DNA of 64,000 nt from Chitinivibrionales bacterium. GTDB lineage: Bacteria > Fibrobacterota > Chitinivibrionia > Chitinivibrionales > WJKA01. The translations under genes and the position numbers were made by a program. Shown here one piece after another: positions 36,699 to 45,022 of the stretch. The notes under the pieces are model-generated. The model was not told where the DNA came from. It was given only the letters and a program-made list of their open reading frames with translations, and did not search any database. The stretch is taken from positions 8,755-72,754 of the forward strand of contig WJLZ01000080.1 in assembly GCA_014728215.1 (NCBI GenBank), in the 5' to 3' direction. Position 1 is the stretch's first letter, and each line of letters opens with the position of its first letter.

Positions 36699-38631
36699 CG
36701 CTCATCCCCACTCTTTTATTTTTGTTACCGGCTTCTGCAGTATCGGAGTTCAGTGCCTTTTTATACGGGAGGCACTGGCCGTATTTTACGGCAATGAGCT
36801 GATCCTCGGTCTGGTGCTTTCGACCTGGCTTCTCTGTTCAGGTATCGGCAGTTTTATCGGCGCCAAATCGCCAAAATGGGATACCTGGGGTGTCGTGACT
36901 GTTTATGTCTGGGCTGCTGTTGGCGGTATTCTCCTGCTGCGCGCCGGAAGGCTTCTTTTCTCGCCGGGAGAAATTATTTCACCCCTTGCTTCACTGGGTA
37001 TTCTCTCCGTAAGTCAGGGGCCATTTGCCTTTGTTAATGGTTATGTTTTCGGCCGCCTTTCGCAGGCCCGGCATACCGCACCGCATCTTTATCGATACGA
37101 AAACATGGGCAACATCGCCGGCTCGTTGATCGTTTTTCTGGGGGTTGTCCTTTTCTGGAAAAATGCCCTGATCCTTATCGCACTTCTTGTTCCGGTTTTA
37201 TGGCTCTGCAAAAAGAAACCGTGGCTGTTTGCAATCATTGGCGGCGCCTTTGTTTGTATTGCCCTGTTTGATAGTATATCACAGGAATGGAAATATGATG
37301 TCCCCGTTACGAGGATATCCTGCGGCAGGGAGGGCGAGGTTGTCCTTACCGAGCAGCACGGCGATACTGCATGGCTGCTCAACAATACACTGTACCGCTC
37401 TTCTGCCGATGACGCCTTTATCGAGCAGGCAGTGCATATTCCCATGGCGCAGAGGGAGCACGCTCGCCGGGTGCTGGTTATTTTCGATAAAGGGCATTAT
37501 GATGAACTGAAGGCCTACAATCAAAGTGAGGTGGACATAATTGAAACCGAACGGCTCCTTGCACGTAAAGGAAGTATTGTTACTTCACCGGAATCTCATG
37601 CGGCCGGAGGAAAATATGATGTGATTCTTATGGCAGCGGGCATGCCGGAGACCATGGGGAGCAGCAGATTTTATACACAATCCTATTTTACCCGAATGAA
37701 ATCGCTCCTCAGTGATTCCGGAGTCTTTTCGTTCAGCCTTTCCCTCAGCAGTAATTATCTTAACAGGCCGGAGCAGGAAATCGTGCACGTTCTTCACTCG
37801 ACCCTGAATGAAGTATTTAATCGGGTCCTGATTTTTCCCGGTGAGGGATATACCTTTATGGCTTCGGACAGCGCTTTAAAGGCTCGTCCTGAGCTTATGG
37901 TCCAAACACAATTTGTGGGTCCTTATATTATGCCCGCGCTTTCGGATGAAAGAATCGAAAGTGCAAATACATTTTCCGGGAAAGCAACAATAAGCACCAT
38001 CGACAAGCCTGTTGTTCTTATCGCAGGACTTCAACGGTGGATGAAACTGATCGAAGCTCCCGTATGGGGGCTTTTGATAATCCTCGCCCTGGTCATTATT
38101 GCTGGGGTCGCTTTCTTTCCCAAAAAAGGCGAAATGCTTTCCGTAGGATCGAGCGGGTTTACCGCCGGTATCTTTTCGGTGGCCCTTCTTTTGCTCTACC
38201 AGGCAGGATACGGAGCGCTCTACTCACGCATATCGCTGCTGCTCCTGGCACTTACCCTGGGATTTGCCCTGGGAAGTTATGTGCGGAAATTTCCCCATTC
38301 CGATGGAGTTATTGCGGTGTATGTGGTTGTATCGATGGCTCTGTTGACAAAGTGTACGGCCGCTCCGCAACTGCTCTTTTATCTTTTGCACGGGGGCATA
38401 GGATTTTTGTGCGGCGCCCAGTTTGTGACCCGGAAAAACAGTGAAACCGGTATACTCTATGCTGTTGATCTTTTCGGTGGCGTCATCGGTATGGTGTTGT
38501 CTTCTACTGTGCTGGTCCCCATGTTCGGGGTGATGAATGTTGCGCTTGGTCTGGGAGCGGTGAAACTGCTGGTGTGGGGAGCGAATACTCGTTCAATAAA
38601 CCGGGGGCGTCTTTCCACGGGCATGATATGA
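36676..38631 (+). CDS. Polytopic membrane protein with central degenerate spermidine-synthase-like domain
   Basis: N-terminal TMs (QCLFIREAL...GNELILG, YRYENMGNIAGS), central SpeE-like fold (EQAVHIP...RRVLVI...YDVIL...RFYTQSYF...GVF), C-terminal TMs (LYAVDLFGG). GTG start overlaps the amrB-amrA stop. Confidence 0.8.
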   Translation: MRFILRNSAHPHSFIFVTGFCSIGVQCLFIREALAVFYGNELILGLVLSTWLLCSGIGSFIGAKSPKWDTWGVVTVYVWAAVGGILLLRAGRLLFSPGEIISPLASLGILSVSQGPFAFVNGYVFGRLSQARHTAPHLYRYENMGNIAGSLIVFLGVVLFWKNALILIALLVPVLWLCKKKPWLFAIIGGAFVCIALFDSISQEWKYDVPVTRISCGREGEVVLTEQHGDTAWLLNNTLYRSSADDAFIEQAVHIPMAQREHARRVLVIFDKGHYDELKAYNQSEVDIIETERLLARKGSIVTSPESHAAGGKYDVILMAAGMPETMGSSRFYTQSYFTRMKSLLSDSGVFSFSLSLSSNYLNRPEQEIVHVLHSTLNEVFNRVLIFPGEGYTFMASDSALKARPELMVQTQFVGPYIMPALSDERIESANTFSGKATISTIDKPVVLIAGLQRWMKLIEAPVWGLLIILALVIIAGVAFFPKKGEMLSVGSSGFTAGIFSVALLLLYQAGYGALYSRISLLLLALTLGFALGSYVRKFPHSDGVIAVYVVVSMALLTKCTAAPQLLFYLLHGGIGFLCGAQFVTRKNSETGILYAVDLFGGVIGMVLSSTVLVPMFGVMNVALGLGAVKLLVWGANTRSINRGRLSTGMI

Positions 38632-38653
38632 ACCATAACGTCGGGAAATTCAA

Positions 38654-39160
38654 TTATAACAGAAATCCTGTTATGAGTCCGGCAATAAGACCTGTAACGA
38701 TACTACCGATTATCATGCCTTTCTTTCGGTCTTTATCCAATATAACCCGATCTTCAATTTCTTCTTCCGAATAGTTTTCATCGCTGGAAATTTGTGACGC
38801 CTGCGTTGCTTGGTTGAATTTGAGAAAAGTTGCTGTAACTCGATAGCAGGAGCTTAAAAAGTCGGCCCTTTTCTCTTCAACAATATTTATGACATCCGCA
38901 TTAACGGCACATCCTTCTTGCCGTAAAATCTTCAATGCATCACTCTCTTCACATTTTATCGAAAAGCCCGTATCACCAAGCTTGATCTTACCAACTACTT
39001 TTACTTCATTTTCCGAATAGTTATAATTTTTCTTAATAAGAATATCACAATCAGTAGATACTGGAGTATCGCTATTATAGCCAATTCTTTTAACCCTGTG
39101 CGTACAACCGGCAAGGCTACAAATCAATATCAATAGAAATAATAGAAAATTCAATTTCAT
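38654..39160 (-). CDS. Hypothetical lipoprotein with C-terminal Gly-rich TM helix
   Basis: Signal MKLNFLLFLLILICSLAGC (lipobox LAGC); C-terminus GMIIGSIVTGLIAGLITGFLL; AT-rich coding sequence. Confidence 0.8.
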   Translation of the reverse strand: MKLNFLLFLLILICSLAGCTHRVKRIGYNSDTPVSTDCDILIKKNYNYSENEVKVVGKIKLGDTGFSIKCEESDALKILRQEGCAVNADVINIVEEKRADFLSSCYRVTATFLKFNQATQASQISSDENYSEEEIEDRVILDKDRKKGMIIGSIVTGLIAGLITGFLL

Positions 39161-39172
39161 AGTTATATCCTA

Positions 39173-39553
39173 TTAGTTCAGTGATGAAATTACTATTGCT
39201 GCTATAAGTGTTCCTACAGCACCTCCGCCTAATGCACTTAAAACATTTCTACCTTTTGCTCTTCTGCCGTAGCCTTTAGCGAAACAGTCAATATCAATTT
39301 CCGGATCTTCAGGCAATGATTTCGGAGTCGGATTCGGGATAGCGGCAACACCTGTTATAACACCGGTTCCAATTAAACCAAGAAGCACACCTGAGCCTAC
39401 ACCGGCTACACCCCAGACAATACTGTTATGAGACCTTGCAGCTTCCACTTTGCCTTTTAATTTAGACTTTGTACAATCCGAAGCAAGTATTGTCACCGGA
39501 TACATAATGATCAGAAACAACGCTATCGGTCTGATAAAAGTTTTTTGCAACAA
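39173..39553 (-). CDS. Hypothetical exported protein with two glycine-zipper-like hydrophobic segments
   Basis: TTG start after AGGAGG, signal ending ILA, segments GVAGVGSGVLLGLIGTGVITG and LGGGAVGTLIAA; AT-rich. Confidence 0.75.
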   Translation of the reverse strand: MLQKTFIRPIALFLIIMYPVTILASDCTKSKLKGKVEAARSHNSIVWGVAGVGSGVLLGLIGTGVITGVAAIPNPTPKSLPEDPEIDIDCFAKGYGRRAKGRNVLSALGGGAVGTLIAAIVISSLN

Positions 39554-39838
39554 CGTGCCTCCTGTTGATTTAATTATGGAAAGAAAGATTGAAATTATTT
39601 AAAAAATGAGAACCATATATCACATATAGAGTAAAATTTATACGTTGATATTTACAAACTTCTCTAAAATAATGTATAGACATTTACATTGCAAAATATT
39701 TTTTGCAAATTTATTTAATGGTCTATTCGCGCTTGGTCTATGCAATGCCCTATAGTCCCAAGTCATGATGACAACTGTAACAATCACCTGTGCATGCCGA
39801 CTATTGAAATCTACATAATTAACAGCATGGATAGAGCG

Positions 39839-39909
39839 CGTCATGCCGGACTTGTTTCGGCGTCAATGAGTCATTGAAAGACTGGATTCCGGCTTACGCC
39901 GGAATGACG
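39839..39909. repeat. Head-to-head dimer of CGTC-tagged REP-like palindromes (REPIN-like miniature element)
   Basis: Left CGTC-ATGCCGGA-CTTGT-TTCGGCGT. Right, read on the minus strand, CGTC-ATTCCGGC-GTAA-GCCGGAAT (perfect 8-bp stem). Central palindrome CAATGA-G-TCATTG at 39864-39876. Confidence 0.75.
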
Positions 39910-40341
39910 GAAAAACAGGCAATTAATTAGGTAGGTCTCAATAATAACAAATTCCCCAAAAATCGATTTCACTTTCGGGATTGACTCAACGTTAGGTATA
40001 GTCGAGGTGTGTCAGGGGGTATTCGGGGTCTGTTGAAAAAATGTGCGGTAATCTTAACAGGGACAATACATATCTTTGCTAATCCGGGGTTTACATACGA
40101 TTTAAACCGTATTTCGGTGACGTCCCGAGGTTGATTCCGGTAATCAGACTAAAGAATACCAACAGATTATTGTTCGAACCGCTTTTCATACTCTCAGCAT
40201 GCCTGCGTTTTCGTGGTTTCTGCATAAGCAACCGAATAATCGTCATAGTGTCTGGTTTACAAGGAGAGGGGCGGGCATTGGCATGACGATTGCAATGCTT
40301 TTACTCAAACTGGTGTATATACTATCGACCGGGGCCGGCGC

Positions 40342-41811
40342 ATGGCAGGTAAAGGCAACAATGAGCGTGTTTTTAATGAGCAGGTGAAAATGGTCTATTC
40401 GCTCATGCCGCTGGGCCTGATTGCATCTTTTGTTAACGGCACAATGGTGGCCGCCCTGCATGTATATATTGTTCCGCTGCCGGTTCTCGGAGCCTGGCTT
40501 ATGCTTTTACTTTGTTTCACTTTGCTCCGGGGATTTCTTTTAATCCCGGCGAATCGGAGTATTTCCAATGGAAAGCATATCAGGTTCTGGGCACGGATCT
40601 TTATTTCCGGTATGCTGGTATCCGGTATTGTGTGGGGAAGCGCGGCATTTTTTCTTTTTTTTCATGAATCGCAGGCCCATCGTATTCTGATCGCCTATGT
40701 TCTCGGCGGCATGGCTGCTGGAGCTGCAGGAACGTTTTGTGTTATTCGAAAGGCATACCTGGCATTCACGATTCCTGCTCTGCTTCCCCAGATCATTTTG
40801 TTTTTTGCAGTAAACAGTACAGTCAATGTTTTAATGGGAGGCATGCTCCTTTTCTTCTGGATACTGATAAGCTTTACGGCGTTTACAAACAGGGCGACAA
40901 CCCTGTCTTCTTACCGCTTGCGTTTTGAACGGGAAGATCTTATCGCATCATTGTCTACAGCCAGAGATCAGACCCAGCGAATTAATGAAGCATTAAAAAA
41001 AGAGATTGAGCAGCGACGGACTGCTGAAAATGAACTACGGGAAGCCCATGCCGGGCTGGAACAAAAAGTCCATGATCGGACTGTCGAGATGGAGACCGCA
41101 AACAGCCGGCTTGAACAGGCGAACAGGGAGCTTTCGGAATTTTCCCGTTCGGTATCCCATGATTTGCGGTCGCCACTGCATATGATTGAAACATTCAGCG
41201 ATCTTCTCAATGATGAATACAGCAGATATCTCGATGAAGATGGCAAACTGTTTTTATCACGGATACGTATGTCTGTAAAGCGCATGGCTGAGCTTATCGA
41301 AGATCTTCTGCAGTTGTCCCGAATCAGCCAGAGTGAATTACACAAAGAGCAGGTTAATTTGAGTGATCTTGTTCATACTATCAACGCTAATTTACAGGCG
41401 AATAATCCCAACAGAAAGATTGAACTTGTTGTGCAAAGCGATGTTGTTGCGATATGTGATTCGCGGTTGATGCGAATTGCATTGGAAAACCTTCTGGGCA
41501 ATGCATGGAAATACACAAGCAAAACCGATAAAGCCCGCATCGAGTTCGGCGTTACCAGGATGGAAGAGATGATTGTTTATTATGTGCGGGATAACGGCAA
41601 AGGGTTTGATATGGCTGCCGCTGATAAATTATTTGTGCCCTTCAAGCGACTGCATACCGATCCTGCTTTCCCCGGTACAGGAATCGGTCTGACCACGGTG
41701 ATGCGTATCATTCAACGGCATGGCGGCACAATCTGGGCCGATTCGAAACCGGACAAAGGGGCAACATTTTACTTTACCCTGCCGGATAGTATGCAATTGC
41801 CTCGACAGTGA
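40342..41811 (+). CDS. Membrane sensor histidine kinase (orphan)
   Basis: About 5-6 TMs, H-box SVSHDLRSPL, N-box NLLGNAWKY, DNGKGFD, GTGIGL, GATFYFTL. Confidence 0.93.
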   Translation: MAGKGNNERVFNEQVKMVYSLMPLGLIASFVNGTMVAALHVYIVPLPVLGAWLMLLLCFTLLRGFLLIPANRSISNGKHIRFWARIFISGMLVSGIVWGSAAFFLFFHESQAHRILIAYVLGGMAAGAAGTFCVIRKAYLAFTIPALLPQIILFFAVNSTVNVLMGGMLLFFWILISFTAFTNRATTLSSYRLRFEREDLIASLSTARDQTQRINEALKKEIEQRRTAENELREAHAGLEQKVHDRTVEMETANSRLEQANRELSEFSRSVSHDLRSPLHMIETFSDLLNDEYSRYLDEDGKLFLSRIRMSVKRMAELIEDLLQLSRISQSELHKEQVNLSDLVHTINANLQANNPNRKIELVVQSDVVAICDSRLMRIALENLLGNAWKYTSKTDKARIEFGVTRMEEMIVYYVRDNGKGFDMAAADKLFVPFKRLHTDPAFPGTGIGLTTVMRIIQRHGGTIWADSKPDKGATFYFTLPDSMQLPRQ

Positions 41812-41822
41812 AGACGGCTTCT

Positions 41823-42830
41823 TTAAAGAATAATCCCCGTATCAACTCCGCACTTCGGACAACAAGCCCTTTTGTTCCCAGTGGCTGCCCCAAGCTTTTC
41901 GTGGATTTTAGTAAAATATCCGTTACGATCGATCAGAAGAGTGTTGCATGATGGGCACCTGGTGTTGGAGCAATCACCAGACTCCATATTGCCGATAAAA
42001 ACATAATTGAGATACTCTTTTGCAATTTCCCATGCCGTCTTAACTGTTTCTTCGGGTGTGGCCGGATTGTTACTTTTATATCGTGGGAAATACCGGGACA
42101 GGTGAAGTGGCGTATCCTTGCCCAGATTTTGTGCAATATACCGGGCCAGTGCACTAAAATCTTTTTCGGTATCATTTTCGCCGGTAACGACCAGATTGGT
42201 AATTTCCAAATGTGCATGCTTTTTGACTTTTTCGCAACTTGCCAGAACGGGCTCAAGTTTTCCTTTGCAGAGATGGGTATAAAATTCCGGACGCATTGAT
42301 TTGATATCGATATTCATGGCGTCGACAACATTCAAAAGCTCATCAAGCGGTTTCTGCTCCATGAAACCGTTGGTGACCATGACGTTTTTCAACCCCCGCG
42401 CCTTTATTTCAGCGCCGATATTCATGATTGTCTCGAACCAGATAAAGGGCTCTGAATAGGTGTAAGCGATACCCATGCTGCTGCTGGAACAGACTTTTTC
42501 GATTATCGCATCTTCAGGAAACTTCCGAACAGGAAGGGTATCCTGGGAAATCTCGAAATTCTGGCAGAACGAGCATTTGAGTGTACATCCATTTGGTCCG
42601 GTCGAGAAAATTGAAGAACCGGGATAAAAGTGATACAAGGGTTTCTTTTCGACAGGATCAACGGCCAGAGATACAGGCCTGCAGTAATTGAGTGAATAAA
42701 GAATACCGTCCCTGTTCTGCCGGGTCAGGCAGACACCTCGTTTGCCGTCGGTTAATAAGCAGTGATGGGGACAGAGTTCGCACCGAACCTTTTTATCGTC
42801 GAGTGGGGTAGAGTAGGATGCCTTTTTCAT
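41823..42830 (-). CDS. amrS: Second AmmeMemoRadiSam radical SAM enzyme (no leader)
   Basis: CELCPHHC, VDPVEKKPLYHF, CTLKCSFCQN, AYTYSEP, AMNIDIK, PLHLSRYFP. Confidence 0.93.
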   Translation of the reverse strand: MKKASYSTPLDDKKVRCELCPHHCLLTDGKRGVCLTRQNRDGILYSLNYCRPVSLAVDPVEKKPLYHFYPGSSIFSTGPNGCTLKCSFCQNFEISQDTLPVRKFPEDAIIEKVCSSSSMGIAYTYSEPFIWFETIMNIGAEIKARGLKNVMVTNGFMEQKPLDELLNVVDAMNIDIKSMRPEFYTHLCKGKLEPVLASCEKVKKHAHLEITNLVVTGENDTEKDFSALARYIAQNLGKDTPLHLSRYFPRYKSNNPATPEETVKTAWEIAKEYLNYVFIGNMESGDCSNTRCPSCNTLLIDRNGYFTKIHEKLGAATGNKRACCPKCGVDTGIIL

Positions 42831-42886
42831 ACAATCAATCTCAGATTTTGAATCGTTGTTTCGTTGTGGTTAGTTGCTTATTTTTC

Positions 42887-43573
42887 TTACTTTGTATATT
42901 TGGTTTTCACCCCTATCCTCTCGCAATACGTGTATATCGGACAAATATCGCACCGGGGATTTATCGGCCGGCACAGATGTTGTCCGAAAGAGACAAGATA
43001 GGAGTTAATGCCCAGCCAGAATTTTTTTGGAAGGATTTCTCTGAGTTTCATTTCGGTTTCAAAGGGGGTTTTTGTCTGCAGGTATCCCAGACGGTTAACG
43101 ATCCGGTGCACATGAACATCAACGCATATCGCCGGTTTATTGAAACCGATAACCACCACAAGATTGGCGGTTTTTCGCCCTACGCCGGGAAGCTGAACGA
43201 GTTCTTCAACCGTATCCGGGACTTTGCCCCCGTAGAGTTCATTCAGCGCCCGGGGAAGTTTTTTTAAGTGGCGCGCCTTGTTCTTATAAAATCCAACCGG
43301 ATAGATTAATTGCTCAAGCTTTCCAACCGGTATTTTTGCCAGATCTTCGGGCGTATGGACCACCGAAAAGAGTTTGTTTGATGCTGCGGTAGTGGTTTCA
43401 TCCTTGGTACGGGCGCTGATAATGGTCGAAAGCAGCACTTTGAACGGATCCCGTGTCTGTGCCTGGACCAGATCGACCACCGGCATCCGGTGTTTTTTAA
43501 ATTCCCTTTCCAGGATAGAGTATACCGCCTGAATATCCGTTTTCTTATTCATTCCCATTGTATTTTTGCCCAC
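42887..43573 (-). CDS. nth: Endonuclease III
   Basis: LLSTIISARTKD, LPGVGRKTAN (HhH), VDVHVHR, CRPINPRCDICPIYTYC Fe-S cluster. Confidence 0.95.
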   Translation of the reverse strand: MGKNTMGMNKKTDIQAVYSILEREFKKHRMPVVDLVQAQTRDPFKVLLSTIISARTKDETTTAASNKLFSVVHTPEDLAKIPVGKLEQLIYPVGFYKNKARHLKKLPRALNELYGGKVPDTVEELVQLPGVGRKTANLVVVIGFNKPAICVDVHVHRIVNRLGYLQTKTPFETEMKLREILPKKFWLGINSYLVSFGQHLCRPINPRCDICPIYTYCERIGVKTKYTK

Positions 43574-43588
43574 AGTGATGAGTTGACA

Positions 43589-44803
43589 TTATTTGTCTTG
43601 TGCCGGAGGCTTTTTGCCGCGCAGGAACATGACACTGATTTCGAACCGGTGAGCTATCATGGAAAAATTATCCCCGGGCTTTGAAGTTGCCGCATAGATA
43701 TCTCCTCTTTTCAATCGCGAATCGTCACCGTAAAACATTCCGGACCAGTGGCCGAGATAATAGATACCGATATTCATGCCGGTAGAGGGGGTAAAACTCC
43801 GTAAGGATGATATCCCGATTTTCCAGGACAACCCCAGACCGAAGGCGTCAAAGGATGAAAAGGGAGTGACAGCCCTGCTCTTTAAGTGAGAAAATAAGCC
43901 GTCAGGTAAACCTTCAGCTTTGGCAGAGGTCCCGGTTTGTATATAGGTTAAGGGTGCAACAGCAAATGCGGCATTGAATGTTGTCTGCTCTGTTTCATTG
44001 ACCCTGAAATATTGTTCGGGTATTACAAAACTATACTGTGCTCCAAGAGAGAGCGACAAATAGGTAAGAGAGTGTTTGATATCGATACGATTGGAGAGTG
44101 AATCATCCTGCAATGAGGAGATAAGTGATTTTCTGATAAAAAAGAATGAGGATTCAAATCTGAGTCGACTGGTGGTATCGGTCAGTGTCGCAACAGAGAA
44201 CATCAAGGGGAAATAAATATGATAGTTGCTCGGGCTTTCCTGAATTTCATAGGAGATATTTGTTGTGTCGGTATCGTGAGCGGAGGGAACAAACTGAGCC
44301 CGGGGAATTTCGGACTCCAGCCCGAAGTCGGCGAGATTCCGGGGCAGGCCCTTCTCCCACATGTCAAAGGCAGAGAAGCTTCCGAGGGTCCATCCGGCGC
44401 CAAAGGCCCAGTAGGGAGAGAAATAAAACTTATAACTGGTATCGATTCCTTCCCAGGCCGATTTTTCCCCTATCGTATCGGGTATTGTTTCAATCGTTTT
44501 TTCCAAAGAATCGACTTGAACCTCTCTTAATGATGTATCCGATGGTGATGATACCGAATCATGGGCTATCGAGGTGCTGTCGGTGCCCGGCTCCGTGGTA
44601 TCAGGTTGTTCGACTGTCTGAATACTTTGGATGGAATCTGTTTTCGCAGGAGATAGATCGCCGATTATGGAGTCCTGGCCGGAGATTGTTGAATCGGCGG
44701 TCGCTGATAATGCGTTATCCGGCGAATCTGCAGGTGCGCCTGACGCAGCAAAAACACGGGAAAGCAAAAACAAAAAGATACAATATCTGAAATGCATGTT
44801 CAT
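43589..44803 (-). CDS. Hypothetical exported protein: D/S/T-rich N-terminal linker plus possible beta-barrel domain
   Basis: Signal ending VFA, about 95 aa low-complexity acidic/Ser/Thr region, then amphipathic strand-like segments ending HRFEISVMFL. Confidence 0.75.
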   Translation of the reverse strand: MNMHFRYCIFLFLLSRVFAASGAPADSPDNALSATADSTISGQDSIIGDLSPAKTDSIQSIQTVEQPDTTEPGTDSTSIAHDSVSSPSDTSLREVQVDSLEKTIETIPDTIGEKSAWEGIDTSYKFYFSPYWAFGAGWTLGSFSAFDMWEKGLPRNLADFGLESEIPRAQFVPSAHDTDTTNISYEIQESPSNYHIYFPLMFSVATLTDTTSRLRFESSFFFIRKSLISSLQDDSLSNRIDIKHSLTYLSLSLGAQYSFVIPEQYFRVNETEQTTFNAAFAVAPLTYIQTGTSAKAEGLPDGLFSHLKSRAVTPFSSFDAFGLGLSWKIGISSLRSFTPSTGMNIGIYYLGHWSGMFYGDDSRLKRGDIYAATSKPGDNFSMIAHRFEISVMFLRGKKPPAQDK

Positions 44804-44855
44804 TGGTTATGAAAAATAACATTTGTCGAAGGAAGGCAGAAATCCGATACCTATT

Positions 44856-44969
44856 TCATTGCCCGTATAATTGCTCCGCCGAATGAAACGTGGCCTGGAA
44901 GGCCGTACCGGACTCCTTTCCACCATCCTGATCAAGCGGTTTGCGCTCAGAGCCATTATCGTAATCCAT
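44856..44969 (-). CDS. Putative 37-aa small protein (below the ORF-track cutoff)
   Basis: GGAGGAG (44974-44980) then ATG at 44969: MDYDNGSERKPLDQDGGKESGTAFQATFHSAEQLYGQ*. Fills the gap between two same-strand genes. Confidence 0.45.
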   Translation of the reverse strand: MDYDNGSERKPLDQDGGKESGTAFQATFHSAEQLYGQ

Positions 44970-45022
44970 TTCACTCCTCCATTACTCCACTTCTTTGAGA
45001 TGCAATCAGCATCTCCTCCGGC

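Noticed and set aside
39638-40461. Short ORFs (39638-39844, 40199-40387, 40243-40461) in the long intergenic region
   Set aside because: No RBS or recognisable composition; one starts inside the REP element and the others overlap the kinase start.
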